Below, piece after piece: positions 39,019-51,268 of a stretch of 64,000 nt of DNA. The translations under genes and the position numbers were made by a program. This DNA comes from Octopus vulgaris (lineage: Eukaryota). The number at the start of each line of letters is the position of its first letter. Position 1 is the first letter of the stretch. Location of the stretch: assembly GCA_951406725.2 (NCBI GenBank), contig OX597831.1, positions 36,580,001-36,644,000 of the forward strand. The letters are read 5' to 3'. The notes beneath the pieces were generated by a model that had not been told where the DNA came from, searched no databases, and was given only the letters and a program-made list of their open reading frames with translations.

Positions 39019-39354
39019 TATATGTCTCAAGTGTAGTATGTGTGTGTGCGAATGTGTGTGTACTTGTGTGTATGTGTATTATACTTAATGTTTATACACT
39101 ATTGACAGGCAATTTATTTGTTTCAGTTGCATGCCTTGAATTATTTATCCAACTTTGATTTGCAGAAGCAGGAAATGTATTATTCCTTTTCTTACATTGG
39201 AAGTAATAAATCTCTTAACCTCATAAAGGCATGTGGCCAATTGCTAGTACATATCATTGACGAGGCCTAAGAAGGCTGAAATGTGTCTGGCATTCTCATT
39301 AGCAGCTGCTGGGACACTTTTTCAGCTCCCTTTGAATATCTTTTTTTTCTTTCT

Positions 39355-39575
39355 TTTTTACTTTTTACCTACTTCAGTCATTAGATTGTGGCCATGCTGG
39401 GGCGCCACCTTGAAGAATGTTTCATTGAATGTATCGATTCCAAGATTTATTTTTTTAAAAGCCTGGTACTTATTTAATCAGTCTCTTTGGCTGAACCACT
39501 AAGTTACAGGGATATAAACACACTGGCACCAGCTGTCAAGTGGTGTTGAGGGACAAACACAGACACATACACACT

Positions 39576-39607
<32 letters not shown>

Positions 39608-39767
39608 CAACAGCTTCTATCAGTTTCCATCTACTAAATCCACTCACAAGACTTAGGTTGACCCAGGGCTATGGTAGAAAACACTTGCCCAAATTGCCAC
39701 ACAATGGAACTGAACCCAGAACCATGTGGTTGGGAAGCAAGCTTCTTACCACACAGCTACGCCTGTG
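39355..39767 (-). mobile_element. SINE-A (older)
   Basis: Match to consensus. Confidence 0.8.
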
Positions 39768-39843
39768 TCTAATATATATTGAATTTTTAAATCCTGCATA
39801 TCTACAAGAAGCTCTATTCCAAGTGAAAACTGCAGTAACTTGC

Positions 39844-40083
39844 CTGTTAACAGTGTACATGTATGAAATATGATTCATAAATGGCTGTGATGTGTCTTGT
39901 ATGAAGGTCAAGTAATCAAATAGAGGCTCTGGCATTGGCTTGGCTTGTGTCTTGGAGCAATAATACAGTAGGTCAGCCTTGTTTTCACAGAAAAGTCTGT
40001 TTTCCTTGATGACATAAATTAGACGTATCTCCAACTGATCATCTTTCAATGCATTTTGATCCTGTATCCTTTCATCCAGGAAT
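39844..40083 (-). CDS. Candidate 240-nt symmetric (phase 2-2) exon with GC donor, unidentified protein
   Basis: Acceptor gagtatttcag|, donor AG|gcaagt; FLDERIQDQNALKDDQLEIRLIYVIKENRLFCENKADLLYYCSKTQAKPMPEPLFDYLTFIQDTSQPFMNHISYMYTVN; non-repetitive frame open for more than 100 codons. Confidence 0.5.
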
Positions 40084-40769
40084 CTGAAATACTCAACAGA
40101 AAATATCCTTTAACCATTAACAATACCTTATTCAGTGTATATCATTAGTTTGCTTTAACAATTCCATACAAACGAAGCCATCTATCTCAATGGAATAAAT
40201 TACCCAGATGAACTGGATTGTCCACAATATATTCAATGCCTAATCCCTTTCTGAACTCATATACATCTCATTTACCTTAATGTTTCAGTACATTTCACTT
40301 ACGACAAATTCTGATTTTCATTCAGAAGTAGTGGTTCCGAAAACATTTATTCCCTTCCTTTTAATTATAACCATTTTTGAGAAATTCCAAAAACAATAAA
40401 AGAACATAATTAGAATGTACTGGACATGCAATGTCAAATTTGAAGAATATACTTAATTTGGAACGACTAAATATGTGAACAAGCATCGCAATCTGTCGGA
40501 TATTTCTCATGGCAGGTAATTCTCAAGTGATATGGAGACATGATGAAAATGGATATTAAGAACTGAATGGAATGTCAGGAAACCATACTAAAGTGTAGCC
40601 ACAGCACATTCACTTTGTACATGGGCAGATTTAGAATAAAGTAATCAGGATTAATCTCATAAGGGTTAAGAGTTAGATTATGCAAATGCAGAGGAAACGG
40701 AAAGTAAACAGAGATAACATATGACAAATAAATACTTGGTGCTTAATACACTCCTACTCAACATAAATC

Positions 40770-40909
40770 ATTCTCTCTCTCTCACCCCTCTCTATCTATC
40801 CTATCCTGTCTATCTATCTGTCTGTCTGTCTGTCTATCTATCTTTCTATATATCTATCTACCTACTTAACTCTCTCTCTCTCTCTCTCTCTCTGTATCTA
40901 TCTATCTAC

Positions 40910-40947
<38 letters not shown>

Positions 40948-40975
40948 CTACCTACCTACCTACCTCTCTATGTAT

Positions 40976-41021
<46 letters not shown>

Positions 41022-41026
41022 GTCTG

Positions 41027-41061
<35 letters not shown>

Positions 41062-41135
41062 GTCTATCTATCTATCTATCTATCTATCTGTTTGTCTATC
41101 TACCTATCTATCTACCTACCTACTCCCCCTCTCTC
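40770..41135. repeat. Compound (TC)n/(TATC)n microsatellite
   Basis: Direct reading. Confidence 0.95.
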
Positions 41136-41234
41136 ACATTTGATTCTTTTCAAAGAGAAATCCTTCAGCTTTGAAACACGGCTGTTCATAAATTTTTCCC
41201 TTTCGTGTTGGCCTTCTCACCAAAGAACACACAT

Positions 41235-41480
41235 GGTTCAAGAATAGTGGGCTATGCTGGCTTAGTCATATTCATCAGATGCAATTTACCAAAATCCCCA
41301 AAAGACATCCAATGTAACAAATCATTTTACTAAGTACAATGACAATTGAATAGGTTCCCAACAGCACTAGCAAAATATTACCAAATACGAAGTGAGAATA
41401 CTAAAACATCTCCTGACAACTGGGAGAACATTGCCAATGACTGCAGCAGATAGAAAACTATTTTTTCTCAAGGAATGAAA
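41235..41480 (+). mobile_element. Old RTE-like ORF2 relic
   Basis: LCWLSHIHQMQFTKIPK resembles the RTE LRWLGHV.RM...RIPK motif. Confidence 0.5.
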
Positions 41481-41663
41481 AATAGCAGTTTCAAAAACCT
41501 TCTTAACTATACTAATAGCATTTCTGAACTGTTCATTCTCTTTACAATTCTATTTGCGATTTACCAATCAGTCTGCAGTTTTGTGGTATCGATTCTCTCA
41601 TCTCTGTTTGTTTAGTCACTGTTTAATGGTTCCCTCGTCACTATTTCGTGATGAGGTCTATAC

Positions 41664-41846
41664 TTTTCTGATTAAGTTATAACAAGTTGACTCCCATACA
41701 TGCTGAAATAATTCAAATGGCATTAAGTCATTGAATGATACTAGCTGAACATATTTATTTCTACTCCTTGTATGGTGTTTATTAACCCTAATTTCATTAT
41801 CAGAAGGTGACTGGCTATTCAAACACAACACAATGTCTAGAAACAC
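41664..41846 (-). CDS. Candidate exon, unidentified protein
   Basis: Acceptor cccttctgcattcacag|; VFLDIVLCLNSQSPSDNEIRVNKHHTRSRNKYVQLVSFNDLMPFELFQHVWESTCYNLIRK; weak donor |gtatag. Confidence 0.35.
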
Positions 41847-42193
41847 CTGTGAATGCAGAAGGGACTACCATTCTAGCATTAGACACTTATCACTTTTTCC
41901 CTAAAGCCAAATACAGAGACATATGCACACACACACACACATACACACACACACACACCATCTAGCTAATTTCATTTAAAATGCTAAGGTTGACCCATAG
42001 CTCAGGTAAAAGACATATCTTCAAGATGCCACACTGGGACCAAACACACAACCTCGTGATTTTAGAGGAAACATTTTTAACCATTCAACCACACCTGTAC
42101 TCTAACTCTCTCGCTTTCTCTTTTATATATAACTCTCTCTCTCTCTTTCTCTCACATACACACAGACACACATACATATACACACACACATTG

Positions 42194-42226
<33 letters not shown>

Positions 42227-42587
42227 TGTAGTTTGTCCACTGAATGACCATCACCTTCACCTGAGGATTCTTTAGTGAATGTACACTACAATCTTTAATG
42301 CACAGCTTAAGTGACATGTGTGACATGTGAAGGCATGGTTGGAGAGAGAGCAAGGTTCTATATTCATGCCCTTTTCTCTCTCCTCTTCTAATAATAACAA
42401 CAAATAATTTCTCCTCCTATGAAGGTATTCTAGCATATGCTAAAAGAGAAATGGTGACACTTGCTGAAATAGACAGGATGACTTGTGTTGAAATGGTCAC
42501 AATGCCAGGAGCTAAAGCAAACAATGACACATGCTAAAACTGATATGATGACACATGACACATATTGAAATAGATATAACAGTACCC

Positions 42588-42722
42588 ATCATCATCATCA
42601 TCATCATCATCACCATCGCCATCATCACCATCACCATCGCCATCATCATCTTCATCATCACCACCACCACCACCATCATCACCATCACCATCACCATCAT
42701 CATATTCATCATCATCATCACC

Positions 42723-42753
<31 letters not shown>

Positions 42754-43230
42754 CCACCACCACCACTACCATCATCACTATCATCACCATCACCATCATC
42801 ATCATCACCATCACCACCACCATCATCATCATCATCAGCAGCAGCAGCATTATCATTATCACCATCATCATCATTTAACATCCACTTTCCATGCTGGCAT
42901 GGGTTGGAGGGATCAACAGAAGCTGGCAAGATCAGGGCCCACATCTGGTTCCATAGTCTGTTTAGCTTTGGCTTCTACAACTGAATGTCCATCCTAATGC
43001 CAACTACTTCACAGAGTGCACTGGGTGCTTTTTACATAACACCAGCACCAGTATTTTTTATGTGACCCCTGCACCAATACCAATGCTTTTTTACATGGCC
43101 CCCTGATTTTAGGATACCAATTCTATTGTGATGGGCAGGTCTTCTTGAGTGCAGCTGTGTGTCACATATCTCAGTGCTGTGTTATCTCCTTTATAAGGCT
43201 CAGCATTCTGAGATCCACTTTCAATACTAA
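42588..43230 (-). mobile_element. Family C RTE 3' end with ORF2 C-terminus and expanded (CAT/CAC)n tail
   Basis: Minus strand 43228-43135 VLKVDLRMLSLIKEITQH*DM*HTAALKKT resembles an RTE ORF2 end (V..DLR.LGL..EM..DR..WR.A); identifies family C as a LINE 3' UTR. Confidence 0.65.
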
Positions 43231-43272
43231 AACATATATGACAGCACATTCTGAAAAAAATAAGATAATATA

Positions 43273-43433
43273 GGTGCAGGAGTGGCTGTGTGGTAGTAGC
43301 TTGTTTACCAACCACATGGTTCTGGGTTCAGTCCCACTGCATGGCACTTTGGGCAAGTGTCTTCTACTATAGCCTTGGGCCTACCAAAGCCTTGTAAGTG
43401 GATTTGGTAGATGGAAACTGAAAGAAGCCCCTC

Positions 43434-43485
<52 letters not shown>

Positions 43486-43692
43486 GTATGTATGTGCGTG
43501 TATATATTTGTGTGTCTGTGTTTGTCTCCCCAACATCACTTGACAACTGATACTGGTGTGTTTACGCCCCTGTAACTAGAATAAGTACTAGGCTTACAAA
43601 GAATAAATCCTGGGGTCGATTTGCTCGACTAAAGGCGGTGCTCTAGCATGGCCACAGTGAAATGACAAGTAAAAGAGTAAAGAGTAAAGAGA
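43273..43692 (+). mobile_element. SINE-A
   Basis: Full-length match. Confidence 0.9.
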
Positions 43693-43765
43693 AGGCATGA
43701 TGAAACAAATATGATACCTCATGCTGAAACAAAGCAATACACACCTACAAAGATATTAGAATACT

Positions 43766-44177
43766 CATTTACTCTTTTACTTGTTTCAGTTATTTGAATG
43801 TGGCCATGCTGGAGCCCCGCCTTTAGTCGAGCAAATCGACCCCAGGACTTATTCTTTGTAAGCCTAGTACTTTTTCTATTGGTTTCTTTTGCCGAAACGC
43901 TAAGTTACGGGGACGTAAACACACCAGCATTGGTTGTCAAGCGATGTTGGGTGGGGGGAGGACAAACATAGACACACAAACACATACACACATATATGTA
44001 TATACATATATACGACGGGCTTCTTTTCAGTTTCCATCTACCAAATCCACTCACAAAGCTTTGGTCGGCCCGAGGCTATAGTAGAAGACACTCGCCCAAG
44101 GTGCCACACAGTGAGACTGAACCCGGAACCATGTGATTGGTAAGCAAGCTACTTACCACACAGCCACTCCTGCACCT
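43766..44177 (-). mobile_element. SINE-A (inverted partner of 43273-43692)
   Basis: Full-length reverse match. Confidence 0.9.
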
Positions 44178-45382
44178 AGATGACAAAAACAAATGATGCC
44201 AAGTGCCACAAGAGATGAGGATAATATACACCACTTTATCACAATTTTTTGAAAAGATTTGACTACAGAAAAAAAAAACAGACTGCCAGTTGAGTAAATA
44301 TAACTAGTACAACTATAATGGAAACAAACTTGACTGTGTATGTTTCCATATAGAAGAAGCATAATGTAGATACAAATATTTATATTTTTTGTTTTATCTT
44401 TAAAGATGAAGGCAATAGCCTGCAAAAGGTTAATCTTAAAAAGAACAATGTCGCTTTTAATATGGACACGGACAACTAGAATGACAAATCAACGAGTAGA
44501 AGAAGAAGAAGAAGAACAACAACAACAACAACTTCAACAAAGAATTTAAGAAAAGTACTTGTTATCAATACCGAGCTATTGATGTGTTAAGGTAAGCTAG
44601 AATAATCTGCAATGCGAAAGGAGATAAAGAATGTTTTTAGTAAATCAGAATGCTGGGGAATTCTCTTGACACTTATTGCAACAGTTGAAGTTTGGTTGTT
44701 ATCTTTTCACAGTTGTTAACTCTGTGAATCGATCTGCTGCTCACAATGAACTTATTCCTAAATATTTATTTATACAGCCCCATTTCATTCCAACCCATTC
44801 CGTCATTCCTTACCGAAACCAAAAATTACAGACTTTTGTGTTGGTATTGATGTCAAGAAAGATCAATAAATGGTTTATGCCGGAGCATGTCAAGCTTTTT
44901 ATTCGCCGCCGCCGATATATCGGTAATACAACAACTAAAATAATGTAACCATCACAACAATTACAACAACCACAACAATAAACACTACCAGCTCTCAATA
45001 AGCGGTTACTTATTGAATGAGGAAGTTAATAACACAAGATACAATTTCAAGATTGTAACGGATGATGATTAACTATTTAATTCTTCACTTCCAGTTTTTG
45101 TATGGAATGATGAGAAACTTGAATAATACCGTTTTCTATCTCATAATCTGGGATTATGCCATTTTATTCTATAATAATCTTGGATCACAATATGAGAAGC
45201 TATATAGTGTTCCAACAAAGAAATTAGATGATTTATTTGGTGTTAATATATCATACAGTCATGCAAGCAGGACATGTTTTTACTATGATGTCCAATCTAT
45301 CTGGGATATTTACTGAACATGATTAAAAAAAAATATGCTATAGAATTTATTAATGGTCATCATGTAAACAAAACATAAATCA

Positions 45383-45383
45383 C

Positions 45384-45416
<33 letters not shown>

Positions 45417-46155
45417 TGTCATCGTTGTCGACGTTGTCGTCGTCATCACCATCATCATCAACATTTAATGTATGTCTGTTTTTCCACGCTGGGTTGGATG
45501 GTTTGACTGGAAAACAGACAATGAAACCTGGTGTGGCCTCTGGCAAGGCCAGGGGCTGCACCTGGTTCCATTCTCAGTTTTGGCTTGGTTTCTACTGCTG
45601 GATGACCTTCCTAATGCCAACCACTCTACAGAGTGTACCAGGAGCTTTTTACATGGCACCAGCACCCATACCAATGCTTTCTTATTTCTTTATTGCCCAC
45701 TAGGGGCTATACATAGACGGAACAAACAAGGACAGACAAAGGGATAAAGTCAATCACATCGACCCCAGTGTGTAATTGGTATTTATTTAATTGACCCTGA
45801 ATGGATGAAAGGCTTAGTCAACCTCGGTGGAATTTCAACTCAGAATGTAGCTGCAGATGAAATACCACTAAGTATTTTATCCGGCGTGCTAAGGTTTCTG
45901 CCAGCTTGTGGACTCTATAATACTAATGCTTTCTGCATGGCACACCATGATAAACATTTCAAATTTTGGTACAAGGCCAGCAATTTTAGAGGGACAATAT
46001 CGACCCTAGGGTTCAAGTGGTACTTATTTTATGATCCCAAAAGAAAGCAAAGTAAATTTGGCCTCAGTAAAATATGAACTCAGTCAAGAAAGAGCTGGAA
46101 AAAATGCTACTAAGCATTTTATTGCAGGCTAACATTTCTGTCAGCATGCTGCCTT
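45383..46155 (-). mobile_element. Family C RTE end followed by two SINE-B copies
   Basis: Family C at 45383-45675; SINE-B at about 45680-45910 and 45955-46155. Confidence 0.7.
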
Positions 46156-46170
46156 GAATGAATAGCATAC

Positions 46171-46240
<70 letters not shown>

Positions 46241-46245
<5 letters not shown>

Positions 46246-46611
46246 GATAACTCAGAGAAGGCAAACTTCTGCCAAGGCAACATGAATGTTCTCTCAATTA
46301 TTAAGCAGAGATGATTTTTAAAATGAAAATATCTGAAATAAACTCGACTGCTCTCACAAATGAGAATACTAAAAATGAACCCGACCATTCTAAAAAATTA
46401 AGTAATAAAACAGGAAAAAATAATCCAGAATCCTTGTCTGGTACTGGATCGATCCCAAAATCTAATCAGTTTGTGCCAGTCACAAGGCCAAACATCCCTG
46501 AAAGTTTCATCCAAATCCCTTCAGTGGTTCTTGAGATATCTTGTCCATGGACAAACAAACAAAAAATCACAACTGAAAACTATAACTCCGCTTTTGCTAA
46601 AGCAGAGGTAA
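46241..46611. mobile_element. Helentron/HINE (DINE-1-like) non-autonomous element
   Basis: Subterminal repeat cttctgccaagg near the left end, (AAAC)n, terminal palindrome ctccgcttt-tgc-taaagcagag-gtaa. Confidence 0.6.
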
Positions 46612-46634
46612 TAATGATAACAATACTAATAAAA

Positions 46635-47190
46635 TGCCCAGATGCAGTACCAGACAGTGACTCTCATGGTTTTTGAACTTAACTGATTGGAAGTGTCATC
46701 ATGTATATTGTTTTGTCTTGGTATAAAAGATGGGCTACAGCAAATATTCTGCTCAATACCACAGATTTGCTTATCAGTTGTTTGACCTTTATGAGTTGAG
46801 CATGTTCCTTAGTGTCTGCAGTTATGAGCATCTCTGATCACAAGCAGAAGTAGTGGGGAGCATCATAGTCATGTGTTGAGAGGGATTCTTTGGGGTTTGG
46901 ATAATTCACCTCTGGAAACATGCCTGTTTGGTTCAACATCCTTAAACAACTCTTATTCAGGGACCTTTTGAGCAGGATGTTCTACTGAACTTGAAGAAAA
47001 TTCTAACTGGGCCCCCACCTGCAAGGTCATGCACTGTTTATCTTTTATATGAGATCGCCATGTCACACACATATGGTTGTGATGCATATGCCTGGTGTAC
47101 CCTTATCAGGTGGGTAGTCAGGATGAATATAATGGGTTTTGTATATTTTACCACAGTGTCACTTTGATGGCATGCACTGCTCTCTCACTC
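46635..47190 (+). mobile_element. Family D, longest copy
   Basis: Ends ctctctcactc-(AAT)n; matches 30331 and 47510 copies. Confidence 0.75.
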
Positions 47191-47232
<42 letters not shown>

Positions 47233-47509
47233 TTGGGTAGGTACATCAAACAGCAGAATGAATCCTTGCTTGCTGCTGTTAGAATTAACAATATAATACC
47301 TACCGAAAATGTGATACACCCACAAGCATTTAAGCATGAAGAAGAAAGAGTAAAGAACTGGAAAATGAAACCACTCCACTGCATGGGCAATACTTAAGAG
47401 AAATTGAAGGAAAAGACAAGATCAACACTTGGAGATGGCTAAGAAAAAGTGATCTGAAAGGATGCACTGAGGCATTGATATGCAGCACCCAGGAACAAGA
47501 ACTGAGAGC
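47233..47509 (+). mobile_element. Dong/R4-clade ORF fragment
   Basis: NWKMKPLH / HGQYLREIEGKDKINTWRWLRKSDLKGCTEALICSTQEQELRAN resembles the R4/Dong W..K.LHGQY..W.WL..G.LK.ETE.LI.AAQEQAL.TN region. Confidence 0.8.
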
Positions 47510-47914
47510 TAATTAACCAGTTGAGCATGTTCCTTAGTGGCTGATGATATGTGCATTTCTGATCATGAGCAGAAGTAGTGAGGGAGCATCATAGCCGTGT
47601 GTTGAAAGGAATTCTTGGAGGTTTGGATAATTCACCTTTGGAAACATGGGTGGTTCATTCAAAATCCTTAAACAACCTTTATTCAGGGACCTTTTGAGCA
47701 GGAAGGGTTACTTGACCAAAAGAAAACTCTAACTGGGCCCCACCTGCAAGGTCATGTGCTGTTTTTCTTGATATGAGATCAACATGTTGCACACATATGG
47801 TTGTGATGTATGTGCCTGGTGTACCCTTATCAGACTGGTAGTCATGATAGGTATACTGGGCTTTGTATACTTTACCCCAGTGTCACTTTGACAGCATGCA
47901 CTGCTCTCTCACTC
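47510..47914 (+). mobile_element. Family D, 5'-truncated, fused to the Dong fragment
   Basis: ttaaccagttgagcatg onward matches family D. Confidence 0.75.
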
Positions 47915-48062
47915 AATAATAATAATAATAATAATAGTGCTTGCATCCATTCTAGTGGATTTGATGATATATGATTTCTGAAGAAATCATATATCATCAA
48001 ATCTGAAGAATCCACTAGAGTGGATGCAAGCACTAATATATGATTTATAAAAACATGTGAAA

Positions 48063-48213
48063 TATTAATAAATATCTGTAAATATAAAACCATCCAGATT
48101 TCTGCGTACCTTATTAATAAATATCTGTAAATATAAAACCATCCAGATTTCTGCGTACCTTATTAATAAATATCTGTAAATATAAAACCATCCAGATTTC
48201 TGCGTACCTTATT
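48063..48213. repeat. Perfect 49-bp triplication
   Basis: tattaataaatatctgtaaatataaaaccatccagatttctgcgtacct at 48063, 48112 and 48161. Confidence 0.95.
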
Positions 48214-48472
48214 TCTTCTAATATATAATACCTGTACGTCACCTCCAAACCTTCACCACCTGTCTTCGTCTTTTGTTTTTTTCAGTTATTTGGTTTTCGT
48301 CACATATGAGGAATACCTAAGACTAGAATTGGTAGCATACCATAAGAATACTACCGGCTATTTTGGAATTCTAAGGGTAAACAAGCTCTATTTGTGCTCT
48401 TATACATTCTCAAAAGAACACACCTCAACTATATATATTTATATAAATATATATTTATATATGTTTATATAT

Positions 48473-48981
48473 TTGTTGTGCAAGATTTTTTATGTGAAGT
48501 CGTGTGTTGAAACAGACATTGTTGTATTTTGGAATGGTCATTTTGCCAGTTTAGCCAATAAAAACACAAGCACTATATATTTGGTGTTACTTTGCTTCAG
48601 TGTTATTTATTTTTTACATTAATCTTAATCTTATTTATACACGGACGTATATAAACAGAAGATACAAATATTACAGGCATACCTCCCCCACACACATACA
48701 CACTAACTAAACATAGACGCACATAGAGATATACGCATGCGCAAATGAAGACACGTACAATAGAAATACAAAATGGCTGACGGTTAGTAAGGAGAGACAC
48801 ACAAATAAGAAAGAAGAAAGCAAAGGACCACTGATACGGTCACAGGAGTGTGACGAAAGAACTCTGGCTGAAATAAGATTAAGATTAATGTAATAAATAA
48901 ATAACACTGAAGCAAAGTAACACCAAATATATAGTGTGTGTGTTTTTATTGGCTAAACTGGCAAAATGACCATTCCGAAAT

Positions 48982-48990
<9 letters not shown>
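48473..48990 (+). mobile_element. (TA)n-flanked fold-back element with hammerhead-like motif
   Basis: About 48518-48636 is inverted at 48871-48990; motif at 48828-48867. Confidence 0.75.
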
Positions 48991-49035
<45 letters not shown>

Positions 49036-49049
49036 TTTATATATATATA

Positions 49050-49213
49050 CTTTATTTAAAGCAGCAGAAAATTCAACAAAATCTGTTACTCTGAGTTTCT
49101 CGTTGCCGTTCATCATACAGTTTTTGCTAGAATCTAGCAAAAACTGTCTGATGAACGGCAACGAGAAACTCAGAGTAACAGATTTTGTTAATTTTCTGCT
49201 GCTTTAAATAAAG
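49050..49213. repeat. Near-perfect 164-bp palindrome centred at 49132
   Basis: ...cagtttttgctaga|a|tctagcaaaaactg...; (TA)n on the left, element continues to about 49285 then (TA)n. Confidence 0.95.
49144..49181 (+). ncRNA. Minimal type I hammerhead ribozyme motif
   Basis: ctgt-CTGATGA-a-cg-gcaa-cg-a-GAA-Actc-a-gagT-A-acag; GUA site; stem I extendable (caaaa/ttttg). Confidence 0.75.
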
Positions 49214-49282
49214 CATATTACTCTACCACTGGTATTTGAGTACTCTTTTTTCCACCTTGTTTCACATTTATGTGTTTACTCC

Positions 49283-49332
<50 letters not shown>

Positions 49333-49337
49333 TACAT

Positions 49338-49373
<36 letters not shown>

Positions 49374-49659
49374 AATATATATACAGTTCATAAATGAGGG
49401 CAAAGGAAAAAATTTCTAATGCCAAATATGCCGAAAAATTGGACATATTGTCCATTAACCATATAATATCTATTTCCCTCCCTGTCCACTTGTCTCCTCA
49501 TCTTTTTTCACAGATAATTCTACATTTCTGTTACTGCCTACCCACCCTTGCCTCTTCTTATTAGTTATTCTTTTCTTAGTAGTTATCATCAAATTTTACA
49601 GCAAGCTCCATCTAATATTTCTTTTGCTCTCCTTCTTTTTCTCTTTACCTTGTGCCTCT

Positions 49660-49697
<38 letters not shown>

Positions 49698-50929
49698 TTT
49701 TATTCACCTCTTCTTACCTGGTGCTCTTATATATTTACCAGCCTTCAAGACCTGGCCATGACCACTCATTTTGTTATTTCAACTGACCTCAGTCTTGCTT
49801 CTAACACCCTTCCTCTGCCCACTGCCCCCACTCTTTACTTCCTTCCTCACCATTTACCTCACACACCACTCACACCTTCTCTTCCTGACTTTTCCGTCTT
49901 CTTCTTCTCTGTCTGTCTCTCTCTCTCTCTCTCTCCCTATCATTTATTTTAGCTTTCACTTGCAATTTTATGACCAAAGTAATAATACATCTATGTAATT
50001 CCCCGCCACCACCTCTGTCTCTTCCGAAGAACAAATGGCCGAATTATTAGGTACCTTCCCGTCTTTGTCAAATCAACTCAGTGAACTTTTCTAAAAGCAC
50101 TCCTACAAGTAGCACATTAATTAGTAGAACTCCACCAAGTTATTCTTGGCTTCTTCTATAGAAAGATGTAAAAAGGCCATCGGCACTAAAGCACCTTTAC
50201 TAAAATGTCTGGCAAAAGAGCATGGATTTTAGAATAATTGCATCTTTAAGTGAGGGAAGGAATGGATACTGTCACCTAGTCAGATAGAAAATGATAATTC
50301 TTTTCATTTTATCTTTTGAGATAAAATAGTTACTTTAAAGTGAAGTATCTTCAGTCCTGAAAACTAGAAAGTGTTTATTATCCTATTTATTATGTATTTT
50401 TCACACTTTAAAGAAGAACGCATTGAAATCTAGGGAAATATGACTTCTTTATTTACTTTTTATATTAACTTTCATAAAGGTTGAGGCACAAATGAGTCGA
50501 GAGAGTGGCTAAACGTTAAAACAAACAACAGATGTGTGTAGGAGGAATGACCATTGTGTTGGAACATGGATATGTGGTATGAATGGACAATTAGCGTTGG
50601 GTCATGATGATAATGACAGAAAAGCACTCCAAACACATGGAAAGAAATGATAGAACTAAGTTCAGTTGAGAGGACACAAAACTGAGGTTATAGATAATCT
50701 ATGAATACAGCAAAGCTGTCCAAAGCCTACAAACATGGAAAACTGGATGTTAAAATAATGTTGATGATGACAATGATGATGATGACATCTTTATTAAAGA
50801 AATACAATTTACCAAATTCAAAGAATGTGGTGGTATGTTGGACTAGCTTTACTCATACCTGTATAACAATTCTATATTGTATTATAATGTGCTTATAGTA
50901 TGTATGCATATATATATATATATATATAT

Positions 50930-51268
50930 AATAAAATATTAGGGAATAAATCCAAACTTACAGGGAAAAATCAGATTTAGGATTGAATCCAATTTTATAG
51001 TAAAATATTATATTATATTAAATTAGAGATAAAACCACTATTAGGCAAATCATACAATGAAAAACTTAAGCCAATACATAAGATTAATTCATTTATATTA
51101 TTTAAATATATATCAAAATTATTAAAAAAGATAATTAATATAACACATTATATTAATTATCTTTTTTAATAATTTTGATATATATCTAAATAATATAAAT
51201 TAATTAATCTTATGTATTGGCTTAAGTTTTTCATTGTATGATTTTCCTAATAGTGGTTTTATCTCTAA

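Noticed and set aside
40303-40562. Minus-strand exon that would bridge the phases of the two candidate exons (donor gtaagt)
   Set aside because: All three frames contain stops.
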